Of a stretch of 64,000 nt of DNA, positions 37,201 through 52,200 are shown in pieces. Both the position numbers and the translations under genes were made by a program. Where the stretch lies: assembly GCA_040954595.2 (NCBI GenBank), contig CM082581.2:1852699-1916698 (forward strand). The letters are read 5' to 3'. The notes beneath the pieces were generated by a model. That model did no database searches. It was not told the DNA's origin and saw only the letters and a program-made list of their open reading frames with translations. Every line of letters starts with the position of its first letter. Positions within the stretch are counted from its first letter, which is position 1. This DNA is from Balanoglossus misakiensis (taxonomy: Eukaryota > Animalia > Hemichordata).

Positions 37201-40200
37201 CAAAGAATCAGATTCAATGTCATCGTTACATTAGCAATGTCAAAGTACAGTGCTTTTGGACACGTATTAACCCAGGGATTTATCATCAACTTGAAATCCC
37301 CATATTCATTTAATACCCATGTCAAAGTGAAGTGATTGCATCACTATCTACCCTGATGCATCATAAACCTTGCTTCGCCATTTGCCCTGATGCACAGAAT
37401 CAGATTCAATGTCATCGTTGCATTAGCAATGTCAGATTAGAGTGCTTTTTGCCACGTATTAACCTATGGATTTACATTTAACATTAAATACCCATGTGAA
37501 AGTGCAGAGTTTGCATCACCATCTACTCTGATGCATCATTGAGCTTGCTTCGCCATTTGCCCTAATGCAAAGAATCCCATTCAATGTCACCATTGCATAT
37601 GCAATGTCAAAGTACAGTGCTTTCCGCCACGTATTAACCCAGGGATTTACAGACAACTTTAAATCCCCCAGTAGGCATTTTATACCCATGTCAAAGTGCA
37701 GAGCTTGCATCACTATCTACCCTGATGCATAATCAACCTTGCTTCGCCATTTACCCTGATGCAAAGAATCAGATTCAATGTCATCGTTGCATTAGCAATG
37801 TCAAAGTACAGTGCTTTTGGACACGTATTAACCCAGGAATTTACAGACAACTTTAAATCCCCCTGTAGGCATCTTATACCCATGTCAAAGTGAAGTGTTT
37901 GCATCACTATCTACCCTGATGCATCATAAAGCTTGCTACGCCATTTACCCTGATGCAAAGAATCATATTCAATGTCATCATTGCATTAGCAATGTCAAAG
38001 TACAGTGCTTTTCGACACGTATTAACCCACAGATTTTTCAACAACCTGAAATCCCCATATGCATTTAATACCCATGTCAAAGTGAAGTGTTTGCATCACT
38101 ATCTACCCTGATGCATCATAAAGCTTGCTACGCCATTTACCCTGATGCAAAGAATCAGATTCAATGTCATCGTTACATTAGCAATGTCAAAGTACAGTGC
38201 TTTCGGACACGTATTAACCCAGGGATTTATCATCAACTTGAAATCCCCATATGCATTTAATACCCATGTCAAAGTGAAGTGATTGCATCACTATCTACCC
38301 TGATGCATCATCAACCTTGCTTCGCCATTTGCCCAGATGCAAAGAATCAGATTCAATGTCATCGTTGCATTAGCAATGTCAAATTAGAGTGCTTTTGGCC
38401 ACGTATTAACCTATGGATTTACATTTAACATTAAATACCCATGTGAAAGTGCAGAGTTTGCATCACCATCTACTCTGATGCATCATTGAGCTTGCTTCGC
38501 CATTTGCCCTAATGCAAAGAATCCCATTCAATGTCACCATTGCATATGCAATGTCAAAGTACAGTGCTTTCCGCCACGTATTAACCCAGGGATTTACAGA
38601 CAACTTTAAATCCCCCTGTAGGCATTTTATACCCATGTCAAAGTGCAGAGCTTGCATCACTATCTACCCTGATGCATAATCAACCTTGCTTCGCCATTTA
38701 CCCTGATGCAAAGAATCAGATTCAATGTCATCGCTGCATTAGCAATGTCAAAGTACAGTGTTTTTGGACACGTATTAACCCAGGGATTTACAGACCACTT
38801 TAAATCCCCCTGTAGGCATTTTATACCCATGTCAAAGTGAAGTCTTTGCATCACTATCTACCCTGATGCATCATAAAGCTTGCTACGCCATTTACCCTGA
38901 TGCAAAGAATCAGATTCAATGTCATCATTGCATTAGCAATGTCAAAGTACAGTGCTTTTCGACACGTATTAACCCACAGATTTTTCAACAACCTGAAATC
39001 CCCATATGCATTTAATACCCATGTCAAAGTGAAGTGTTTGCATCACTATCTACCCTGATGCATCATAAAGCTTGTTACGCCATTTACCCTGATGCAAAGA
39101 ATCAGATTCAATGTCATCGTTACATTAGCAATGTCAAAGTACAGTGCTTTTGGACACGTATTAACCCAGGGATTTATCATCAACTTGAAATCCCCATATG
39201 CATTTAATACCCATGTCAAAGTGAAGTGATTGCATCACTATCTACCCTGATGCATCATCAACCTTGCTTCGCCATTTGCCCAGATGCAAAGAATCAGATT
39301 CAATGTCATCGTTGCATTAGCAATGTCAAATTAGAGTGCTTTTGGCCACGTATTAACCTATGGATTTACATTTAACATTAAATACCCATGTGAAAGTGCA
39401 GAGTTTGCATCACCATCTACTCTGATGCATCATTGAGCTTGCTTCGCCATTTGCCCTAATGCAAAGAATCCCATTCAATGTCACCATTGCATATGCAATG
39501 TCAAAGTACAGTGCTTTCCGCCACGTATTAACCCAGGGATTTACAGACAACTTTAAATCCCCCTGTAGGCATTTTATACCCATGTCAAAGTGCAGAGCTT
39601 GCATCACTATCTACCCTGATGCATAATCAACCTTGCTTCGCCATTTACCCTGATGCAAAGAATCAGATTCAATGTCATCGCTGCATTAGCAATGTCAAAG
39701 TACAGTGTTTTTGGACACGTATTAACCCAGGGATTTACAGACCACTTTAAATCCCCCTGTAGGCATTTTATACCCATGTCAAAGTGAAGTCTTTGCATCA
39801 TTATCTACCCTGATGCATCATAAAGCTTGCTACGCCATTTACCCTGATGCAAAGAATCAGATTCAATGTCATCATTGCATTAGCAATGTCAAAGTACAGT
39901 GCTTTTCGACACGTATTAACCCACTGATTTTTCAACAACCTGAAATCCCCATATGCATTTAATACCCATGTCAAAGTGAAGTGTTTGCATCACTATCTAC
40001 CCTGATGCATCATAAAGCTTGCTACGCCATTTACCCTGATGCAAAGAATCAGATTCAATGTCATCGTTACATTAGCAATGTCAAAGTACAGTGCTTTTGG
40101 ACACGTATTAACCCAGGGATTTATCATCAACTTGAAATCCCCATATGCATTTAATACCCATGTCAAAGTGAAGTGATTGCATCACTATCTACCCTGATGC

Positions 40201-43200
40201 ATCATCAACCTTGCTTCGCCATTTGCCCAGATGCAAAGAATCAGATTCAATGTCATCGTTGCATTAGCAATGTCAAATTAGAGTGCTTTTGGCCACGTAT
40301 TAACCTATGGATTTACATTTAACATTAAATACCCATGTGAAAGTGCAGAGTTTGCATCACCATCTACTCTGATGCATCATTGAGCTTGCTTCGCCATTTG
40401 CCCTAATGCAAAGAATCCCATTCAATGTCACCATTGCATATGCAATGTCAAAGTACAGTGCTTTCCGCCACGTATTAACCCAGGGATTTACAGACAACTT
40501 TAAATCCCCCTGTAGGCATTTTATACCCATGTCAAAGTGCAGAGCTTGCATCACTATCTACCCTGATGCATAATCAACCTTGCTTTGCCATTTACCCTGA
40601 TGCAAAGAATCAGATTCAATGTCATCGCTGCATTAGCAATGTCAAAGTACAGTGTTTTTGGACACGTATTAACCCAGGGATTTACAGACAACTTTAAATC
40701 CCCCTGTAGGCATTTTATACCCATGTCAAAGTGAAGTGTTTGCATCACTATCTACCTTGATGCGTCATAAAGCTTGCTACGCCATTTACCCTGATGCAAA
40801 GAATCAGATTCAATGTCATCATTGCATTAGCAATGTCAAAGTACAGTGCTTTTGGACACGTATTAACCCACAGATTTTTCAACAACCTGAAATCCCCATA
40901 TTCATTTAATACCCATGTCAAAGTGAAGTGTTTGCATTACTATCTACCCTGATGCGTCATAAAGCTTGCTACGCCATTTACCCTGATGCAAAGAATCAGA
41001 TTCAATGTCATCGTTGCATTAGCAATGTCAAAGTACAGTGCTTTTGGACACGTATTAACCCACAGATTTTTCAACAACCTGAAATCCCAATATGCATTTA
41101 ATACCCATGTCAAAGTGAAATGTTTGCATCACTATCTACCCTGATGCGTCATAAAGCTTGCTACGCCATTTACCCTGATGCAAAGAATCAGATTCAATGT
41201 CATCATTGCATTAGCAATGTCAAAGTACAGTGCTTTTCGACACGTATTAACCCACAGATTTTTCAACAACCTGAAATCCCCATATGCATTTAATACCCAT
41301 GTCAAAGTGAAGTGTTTGCATCACTATCTACCCTGATGCATCATAAAGCTTGCTACGCCATTTGCCCAGATGCAAAGAATCAGATTCAATGTCATCGTTG
41401 CATTAGCAATGTTAAATTAGAGTGCTTTTGGCCACGTATTAACCTATGGATTTACATTTAACATTAAATACCCATGTGAAAGTGCAGAGTTTGCATCACC
41501 ATCTACTCTGATGCATCATTGAGCTTGCTTCGCCATTTGCCCTAATGCAAAGAATCCCATTCAATGTCACCATTGCATATGCAATGTCAAAGTACAGTGC
41601 TTTCCGCCACGTATTAACCCAGGGATTTACAGACAACTTTAAATCCCCCTGTAGGCATTTTATACCCATGTCAAAGTGCAGAGCTTGCATCACTACCTAC
41701 CCTGATGCATAATCAACCTTGCTTCGCCATTTACCCTGATGCAAAGAATCAGATTCAATGTCATCGCTGCATTAGCAATGTCAAAGTACAGTGTTTTTGG
41801 ACACGTATTAACCCAGGGATTTACAGACAACTTTAAATCCCCCTGTAGGCATTTTATACCCATGTCAAAGTGAAGTGTTTGCATCACTATCTACCCTGAT
41901 GCGTCATAAAGCTTGCTACGCCATTTACCCTGATGCAAAGAATCAGATTCCATGTCATCATTGCATTAGCAATGTCAAAGTACAGTGCTTTTGGACACGT
42001 ATTAACCCACAGATTTTTCAACAACCTGAAATCCCCATATGCATTTAATACCCATGTCAAAGTGAAGTGTTTGCATCACTATCTACCCTGATGCGTCATA
42101 AAGCTTGCTACGCCATTTACCCTGATGCAAAGAATCAGATTCAATGTCATCGTTGCATTAGCAATGTCAAAGTACAGTGCTTTTGGACACGTATTAACCC
42201 ACAGATTTTTCAACAACCTGAAATCCCCATATGCATTTAATACCCATGTCAAAGTGAAGTGTTTGCATCACTATCTACCCTGATGCATCATAAAGCTTGC
42301 TACGCCATTTACCCTGATGCAAAGAATCAGATTCAATGTCATCGTTGCATTAGCAATGTCAAAGTACAGTGCTTTTGGACACGTATTAACCCAGGGATTT
42401 ATCATCAATTTGAAATCCCCATATGCATTTAATACCAATGTCAAAGTGAAGTGATTGCATCACTATCTACCCTGATGCATCATCAACCTTGCTTCGCCAT
42501 TTGCCCAGATGCAAAGAATCAGATTCAATGTCATCGTTGCCTTAGCAATGTCAAATTAGAGTGCTTTTGGCCACGTATTAACCTATGGATTTACATTTAA
42601 CATTAAATACCCATGTGAAAGTGCAGAGTTTGCATCACCATCTACTCTGATGCATCATTGAGCTTGCTTCGCCATTTGCCCTAATGCAAAGAATCCCATT
42701 CAATGTCACCATTGCATATGCAATGTCAAAGTACAGTGCTTTCCGCCACGTATTAACCCAGGGATTTACAGACAACTTTAAATCCCCCTGTAGGCATTTT
42801 ATACCCATGTCAAAGTGCAGAGCTTGCATCACTATCTACCCTGATGCATAATCAACCTTGCTTCGCCATTTACCCTGATGCAAAGAATCAGATTCAATGT
42901 CATCGTTGCATTAGCAATGTCAAAGTACAGTGCTTTTGGACACGTATTAACCATGGGATTTACAGACAACTTTAAATCCCCCTGTAGGCATTTTATACCC
43001 ATGTCAAAGTGAAGTGTTTGCATCACTATCTACCCTGATGCATCATAAAGCTTGCTACGCCATTTACCCTGATGCAAAGAATCAGATTCAATGTCATCAT
43101 TGCATTAGCAATGTCAAAGTACAGTGCTTTTCGACACGTATTAACCCACAGATTTTTCAACAACCTGAAATCCCCATATGCATTTAATACCCATGTCAAA

Positions 43201-46200
43201 GTGAAGTGTTTGCATCACTATCTACCCTGATGCATCATAAAGCTTGCTACGCCATTTACCCTGATGCAAAGAATCAGATTCAATGTCATCGTTACATTAG
43301 CAATGTCAAATTACAGTGCTTTTGGACACGTATTAACCCAGGGATTTATCATCAACTTGAAATCCCCATATGCATTTAATACCAATGTCAAAGTGAAGTG
43401 ATTGCATCACTATCTACCCTGATGCATCATCAACCTTGCTTCGCCATTTGCCCAGATGCAAAGAATCAGATTCAATGTCATCGTTGCATTAGCAATGTCA
43501 AATTAGAGTGCTTTTGGCCACGTATTAACCTATGGATTTACATTTAACATTAAATACCCATGTGAAAGTGCAGAGTTTGCATCACCATCTACTCTGATGC
43601 ATCATTGAGCTTGCTTCGCCATTTGCCCTAATGCAAAGAATCCCATTCAATGTCACCATTGCATATGCAATGTCAAAGTACAGTGCTTTCCGCCACGTAT
43701 TAACCCAGGGATTTACAGACAACTTTAAATCCCCCTGTAGGCATTTTATACCCATGTCAAAGTGCAGAGCTTGCATCACTATCTACCCTGATGCATAATC
43801 AACCTTGCTTCGCCATTTACCCTGATGCAAAGAATCAGATTCAATGTCATCGCTGCATTAGCAATGTCAAAGTACAGTGTTTTTGGACACGTATTAACCC
43901 AGGGATTTACAGACAACTTTAAATCCCCCTGTAGGCATTTTATACCCATGTCAAAGTGAAGTGTTTGCATCACTATCTACCCTGATGCGTCATAAAGCTT
44001 GCTACGCCATTTACCCTGATGCAAAGAATCAGATTCAATGTCATCATTGCATTAGCAATGTCAAAGTACAGTGCTTTTGGACACGTATTAACCCACAGAT
44101 TTTTCAACAACCTGAAATCCCCATATGCATTTAATACCCATGTCAAAGTGAAGTGTTTGCATCACTATCTACCCTGATGCGTCATAAAGCTTTCTACGCC
44201 ATTTACCCTGATGCAAAGAATCAGATTCAATGTCATTGTTGCATTAGCAATGTCAAAGTACAGTGCTTTTGGACACGTATTAACCCACAGATTTTTCAAC
44301 AACCTGAAATCCCCATATGCATTTAATACCCATGTCAAAGTGAAGTGTTTGCATCACTATCTACCCTGATGCATCATAAAGCTTGCTACGCCATTTACCC
44401 TGATGCAAAGAATCAGATTCAATGTCATCGTTGCATTAGCAATGTCAAAGTACAGTGCTTTTGGACACGTATTAACCCTGGGATTTATCATCAATTGGAA
44501 ATCCCCATATGCATTTAATACCAATGTCAAAGTGAAGTGATTGCATCACTATCTACCCTGATGCATCATCAACCTTGCTTCGCCATTTGCCCTGATGCAA
44601 AGAATCAGATTCAATGTCATCGTTGCCTTAGCAATGTCAAATTAGAGTGCTTTTGGCCACGTATTAACCTATGGATTTACATTTAACATTAAATACCCAT
44701 GTGAAAGTGCAGAGTTTGCATCACCATCTACTCTGATGCATCATTGAGCTTGCTTCGCCATTTGCCCTAATGCAAAGAATCCCATTCAATGTCACCATTG
44801 CATATGGAATGTCAAAGTACAGTGCTTTCCGCCACGTATTAACCCAGGGATTTACAGACAACTTTAAATCCCCCTGTAGGCATTTTATACCCATGTCAAA
44901 GTGCAGAGCTTGCATCACTATCTACCCTGATGCATAATCAACCTTGCTTCGCCATTTACCCTGATGCAAACAATCAGATTCAATGTCATCGTTGCATTAG
45001 CAATGTCAAAGTACAGTGCTTTTGGACACGTATTAACCCAGGGATTTACAGACAACTTTAAATCCCCCTGTAGGCATTTTATACCCATGTCAAAGTGAAG
45101 TGTTTGCATCACTATCTACCCTGATGCATCATAAAGCTTGCTACGCCATTTACCCTGATGCAAAGAATCAGATTCAATGTCATCATTGCATTAGCAATGT
45201 CAAAGTACAGTGCTTTTCGACACGTATTAACCCACAGATTTTTCAACAACCTGAAATCCCCATATGCATTTAATACCCATGTCAAAGTGAAGTGTTTGCA
45301 TCACTATCTACCCTGATGCATCATAAAGCTTGCTACGCCATTTACCCTGATGCAAAGAATCAGATTCAATGTCATCGTTACATTAGCAATGTCAAAGTAC
45401 AGTGCTTTTGGACACGTATTAACCCACGGATTTATCATCAACTTGAAATCCCCATATGCATTTAATACCCATGTCAAAGCGAAGTGATTGCATCACTATC
45501 TACCCTGATGCATCATCAACCTTGCTTCGCCATTTGCCCAGATGCAAAGAATCAGATTCAATGTCATCGTTGCATTAGCAATGTCAAATTAGAGTGCTTT
45601 TGGCCACGTATTAACCTATGGATTTACATTTAACATTAAATACCCATGTGAAAGTGCAGAGTTTGCATCACCATCTACTCTGATGCATCATTGAGCTTGC
45701 TTCGCCATTTGCCCTAATGCAAAGAATCCCATTCAATGTCACCATTGCATATGCAATGTCAAAGTACAGTGTTTTTGGACACGTATTAACCCAGGGATTT
45801 ACAGACAACTTTAAATCCCCCTGTAGGCATTTTATACCCATGTCAAAGTGAAGTGTTTGCATCACTATCTACCCTGATGCGTCATAAAGCTTGCTACGCC
45901 ATTTACCCTGATGCAAAGAATCAGATTCAATGTCATCATTGCATTAGCAATGTCAAAGTACAGTGCTTTTGGACACGTATTAACCCACAGATTTTTCAAC
46001 AACCTGAAATCCCCATATGCATTTAATACCCATGTCAAAGTGAAGTGTTTGCATCACTATCTACCCTGATGCGTCATAAAGCTTTCTACGCCATTTACCC
46101 TGATGCAAAGAATCAGATTCAATGTCATTGTTGCATTAGCAATGTCAAAGTACAGTGCTTTTGGACACGTATTAACCCACAGATTTTTCAACAACCTGAA

Positions 46201-49200
46201 ATCCCCATATGCATTTAATACCCATGTCAAAGTGAAGTGTTTGCATCACTATCTACCCTGATGCATCATAAAGCTTGCTACGCCATTTACCCTGATGCAA
46301 AGAATCAGATTCAATGTCATCGTTGCATTAGCAATGTCAAAGTACAGTGCTTTTGGACACGTATTAACCCTGGGATTTATCATCAATTTGAAATCCCCAT
46401 ATGCATTTAATACCAATGTCAAAGTGAAGTGATTGCATCACTATCTACCCTGATGCATCATCAACCTTGCTTCGCCATTTGCCCTGATGCAAAGAATCAG
46501 ATTCAATGTCATCGTTGCCTTAGCAATGTCAAATTAGAGTGCTTTTGGCCACGTATTAACCTATGGATTTACATTTAACATTAAATACCCATGTGAAAGT
46601 GCAGAGTTTGCATCACCATCTACTCTGATGCATCATTGAGCTTGCTTCGCCATTTGCCCTAATGCAAAGAATCCCATTCAATGTCACCATTGCATATGGA
46701 ATGTCAAAGTACAGTGCTTTCCGCCACGTATTAACCCAGGGATTTACAGACAACTTTAAATCCCCCTGTAGGCATTTTATACCCATGTCAAAGTGCAGAG
46801 CTTGCATCACTATCTACCCTGATGCATAATCAACCTTGCTTCGCCATTTACCCTGATGCAAACAATCAGATTCAATGTCATCGTTGCATTAGCAATGTCA
46901 AAGTACAGTGCTTTTGGACACGTATTAACCCAGGGATTTACAGACAACTTTAAATCCCCCTGTAGGCATTTTATACCCATGTCAAAGTGAAGTGTTTGCA
47001 TCACTATCTACCCTGATGCATCATAAAGCTTGCTACGCCATTTACCCTGATGCAAAGAATCAGATTCAATGTCATCATTGCATTAGCAATGTCAAAGTAC
47101 AGTGCTTTTCGACACGTATTAACCCACAGATTTTTCAACAACCTGAAATCCCCATATGCATTTAATACCTATGTCAAAGTGAAGTGTTTGCATCACTATC
47201 TACCCTGATGCATCATAAAGCTTGCTACGCCATTTACCCTGATGCAAAGAATCAGATTCAATGTCATCGTTACATTAGCAATGTCAAAGTACAGTGCTTT
47301 TGGACACGTATTAACCCAGGGATTTATCATCAACTTGAAATCCCCATATGCATTTAATACCCATGTCAAAGTGAAGTGATTGCATCACTATCTACCCTGA
47401 TGCATCATCAACCTTGCTTCGCCATTTGCCCAGATGCAAAGAATCAGATTCAATGTCATCGTTGCATTAGCAATGTCAAATTAGAGTGCTTTTGGCCACG
47501 TATTAACCTATGGATTTACATTTAACATTAAATACCCATGTGAAAGTGCAGAGTTTGCATCACCATCTACTCTGATGCATCATTGAGCTTGCTTCGCCAT
47601 TTGCCCTAATGCAAAGAATCCCATTCAATGTCACCATTGCATATGCAATGTCAAAGTACAGTGCTTTCCGCCACGTATTAACCCAGGGATTTACAGACAA
47701 CTTTAAATCCCCCTGTAGGCATTTTATACCCATGTCAAAGTGCAGAGCTTGCATCACTATCTACCCTGATGCATAATCAACCTTGCTTCGCCATTTACCC
47801 TGATGCAAAGAATCAGATTCAATGTCATCGCTGCATTAGCAATGTCAAAGTACAGTGTTTTTGGACACGTATTAACCCAGGGATTTACAGACAACTTTAA
47901 ATCCCCCTGTAGGCATTTTATACCCATGTCAAAGTGAAGTGTTTGCATCACTATCTACCCTGATGCGTCATAAAGCTTGCTACGCCATTTACCCTGATGC
48001 AAAGAATCAGATTCAATGTCATCATTGCATTAGCAATGTCAAAGTACAGTGCTTTTGGACACGTATTAACCCACAGATTTTTCAACAACCTGAAATCCCC
48101 ATATGCATTTAATACCCATGTCAAAGTGAAGTGTTTGCATCACTATCTACCCTGATGCGTCATAAAGCTTGCTACGCCATTTACCCTGATGCAAAGAATC
48201 AGATTCAATGTCATTGTTGCATTAGCAATGTCAAAGTACAGTGCTTTTGGACACGTATTAACCCACAGATTTTTCAACAACCTGAAATCCCCATATGCAT
48301 TTAATACCCATGTCAAAGTGAAGTGTTTGCATCACTATCTACCCTGATGCATCATAAAGCTTGCTACGCCATTTACCCTGATGCAAAGAATCAGATTCAA
48401 TGTCATCGTTGCATTAGCAATGTCAAAGTACAGTGCTTTTGGACACGTATTAACCCAGGGATTTATCATCAATTTGAAATCCCCATATGCATTTAATACC
48501 AATGTCAAAGTGAAGTGATTGCATCACTATCTACCCTGATGCATCATCAACCTTGCTTCGCCATTTGCCCTGATGCAAAGAATCAGATTCAATGTCATCG
48601 TTGCCTTAGCAATGTCAAATTAGAGTGCTTTTGGCCACGTATTAACCTATGGATTTACATTTAACATTAAATACCCATGTGAAAGTGCAGAGTTTGCATC
48701 ACCATCTACTCTGATGCATCATTGAGCTTGCTTCGCCATTTGCCCTAATGCAAAGAATCCCATTCAATGTCACCATTGCATATGCAATGTCAAAGTACAG
48801 TGCTTTCCGCCACGTATTAACCCAGGGATTTACAGACAACTTTAAATCCCCCTGTAGGCATTTTATACCCATGTCAAAGTGCAGAGCTTGCATCACTATC
48901 TACCCTGATGCATCATCAACCTTGCTTCGCCCTTTACCCTGATGCAAAGAATCAGATTCAATGTCATCGTTTCATTAGCAATGTCAAAGTACAGTGCTTT
49001 TGGACACGTATTAACCCAGGGATTTACAGACAACTTTAAATCCCCCTGTAGGCATTTTATACCCATGTCAAAGTGAAGTGTTTGCATCACTATCTACCCT
49101 GATGCATCATAAAGCTTGCTACGCCATTTACCCTGATGCAAAGAATCAGATTCAATGTCATCATTGCATTAGCAATGTCAAAGTACAGTGCTTTTGGACA

Positions 49201-52200
49201 CGTATTAACCCACAGATTTTTCAACAACCTGAAATCCCCATATGCATTTAATACCCATGTCAAAGTGAAGTGTTTGCATCACTATCTACCCTGATGCATC
49301 ATAAAGCTTGCTACGCCATTTACCCTGATGCAAAGAATCAGATTCAATGTCATCGTTACATTAGCAATGTCAAAGTACAGTGCTTTTGGACACGTATTAA
49401 CCCAGGGATTTATCATCAACTTGAAATCCCCATATGCATTTAATACCCATGTCAAAGTGAAGTGATTGCATCACTATCTATCCTGATGCATCATCAACCT
49501 TGCTTCGCCATTTGCCCTGATGCAAAGAATCAGATTCAATGTCATCGTTGCATTAGCAATGTCAAATTAGAGTGCTTTTGGCCACGTATTAACCTATGGA
49601 TTTACATTTAACATTAAATACCCATGTGAAAGTGCAGAGTTTGCATCACCATCTACTCTGATGCATCATTGAGCTTGCTTCGCCATTTGCCCTAATGCAA
49701 AGAATCCCATTCAATGTCACCATTGCATATGCAATGTCAAAGTACAGTGCTTTCCGCCACGTATTAACCCAGGGATTTACAGACAACTTTAAATCCCCCT
49801 GTAGGCATTTTATACCCATGTCAAAGTGCAGAGCTTGCATCACTATCTACCCTGATGCATAATCAACCTTGCTTCGCCATTTACCCTGATGCAAAGAATC
49901 AGATTCAATGTCATCGCTGCATTAGCAATGTCAAAGTACAGTGTTTTTGGACACGTATTAACCCAGGGATTTACAGACAACTTTAAATCCCCCTGTAGGC
50001 ATTTTATACCCATGTCAAAGTGAAGTGTTTGCATCACTATCTACCCTGATGCGTCATAAAGCTTGCTACGCCATTTACCCTGATGCAAAGAATCAGATTC
50101 AATGTCATCATTGCATTAGCAATGTCAAAGTACAGTGCTTTTGGACACGTATTAACCCACAGATTTTTCAACAACCTGAAATCCCCATATGCATTTAATA
50201 CCCATGTCAAAGTGAAGTGTTTGCATCACTATCTACCCTGATGCGTCATAAAGCTTGCTACGCCATTTACCCTGATGCAAAGAATCAGATTCAATGTCAT
50301 TGTTGCATTAGCAATGTCAAAGTACAGTGCTTTTGGACACGTATTAACCCACAGATTTTTCAACAACCTGAAATCCCCATATGCATTTAATACCCATGTC
50401 AAAGTGAAGTGTTTGCATCACTATCTACCCTGATGCATCATAAAGCTTGCTACGCCATTTACCCTGATGCAAAGAATCAGATTCAATGTCATCGTTGCAT
50501 TAGCAATGTCAAAGTACAGTGCTTTTGGACACGTATTAACCCAGGGATTTATCATCAATTTGAAATCCCCATATGCATTTAATACCAATGTCAAAGTGAA
50601 GTGATTGCATCACTATCTACCCTGATGCATCATCAACCTTGCTTCGCCATTTGCCCTGATGCAAAGAATCAGATTCAATGTCATCGTTGCCTTAGCAATG
50701 TCAAATTAGAGTGCTTTTGGCCACGTATTAACCTATGGATTTACATTTAACATTAAATACCCATGTGAAAGTGCAGAGTTTGCATCACCATCTACTCTGA
50801 TGCATCATTGAGCTTGCTTCGCCATTTGCCCTAATGCAAAGAATCCCATTCAATGTCACCATTGCATATGCAATGTCAAAGTACAGTGCTTTCCGCCACG
50901 TATTAACCCAGGGATTTACAGACAACTTTAAATCCCCCTGTAGGCATTTTATACCCATGTCAAAGTGCAGAGCTTGCATCACTATCTACCCTGATGCATC
51001 ATCAACCTTGCTTCGCCCTTTACCCTGATGCAAAGAATCAGATTCAATGTCATCGTTTCATTAGCAATGTCAAAGTACAGTGCTTTTGGACACGTATTAA
51101 CCCAGGGATTTACAGACAACTTTAAATCCCCCTGTAGGCATTTTATACCCATGTCAAAGTGAAGTGTTTGCATCACTATCTACCCTGATGCATCATAAAG
51201 CTTGCTACGCCATTTACCCTGATGCAAAGAATCAGATTCAATGTCATCATTGCATTAGCAATGTCAAAGTACAGTGCTTTTGGACACGTATTAACCCACA
51301 GATTTTTCAACAACCTGAAATCCCCATATGCATTTAATACCCATGTCAAAGTGAAGTGTTTGCATCACTATCTACCCTGATGCATCATAAAGCTTGCTAC
51401 GCCATTTACCCTGATGCAAAGAATCAGATTCAATGTCATCGTTACATTAGCAATGTCAAAGTACAGTGCTTTTGGACACGTATTAACCCAGGGATTTATC
51501 ATCAACTTGAAATCCCCATATGCATTTAATACCCATGTCAAAGTGAAGTGATTGCATCACTATCTATCCTGATGCATCATCAACCTTGCTTCGCCATTTG
51601 CCCTGATGCAAAGAATCAGATTCAATGTCATCGTTGCATTAGCAATGTCAAATTAGAGTGCTTTTGGCCACGTATTAACCTATGGATTTACATTTAACAT
51701 TAAATACCCATGTGAAAGTGCAGAGTTTGCATCACCATCTACTCTGATGCATCATTGAGCTTGCTTCGCCATTTGCCCTAATGCAAAGAATCCCATTCAA
51801 TGTCACCATTGCATATGCAATGTCAAAGTACAGTGCTTTCCGCCACGTATTAACCCAGGGATTTACAGACAACTTTAAATCCCCCAGTAGGCATTTTATA
51901 CCCATGTCAAAGTGCAGAGCTTGCATCACTATCTACCCTGATGCATCATCAACCTTGCTTCGCCATTTACCCTGATGCAAAGAATCAGATTCAATGTCAT
52001 CGTTGCATTAGCAATGTCAAAGTACAGTGCTTTTGGACACGTATTAACCCAGGGATTTACAGACAACTTTAAATCCCCCTGTAGGCATTTTATACCCATG
52101 TCAAAGTGAAGTGTTTGCATCACTATCTACCCTGATGCATCATAAAGCTTGCTACGCCATTTACCCTGATGCAAAGAATCAGATTCAATGTCATCATTGC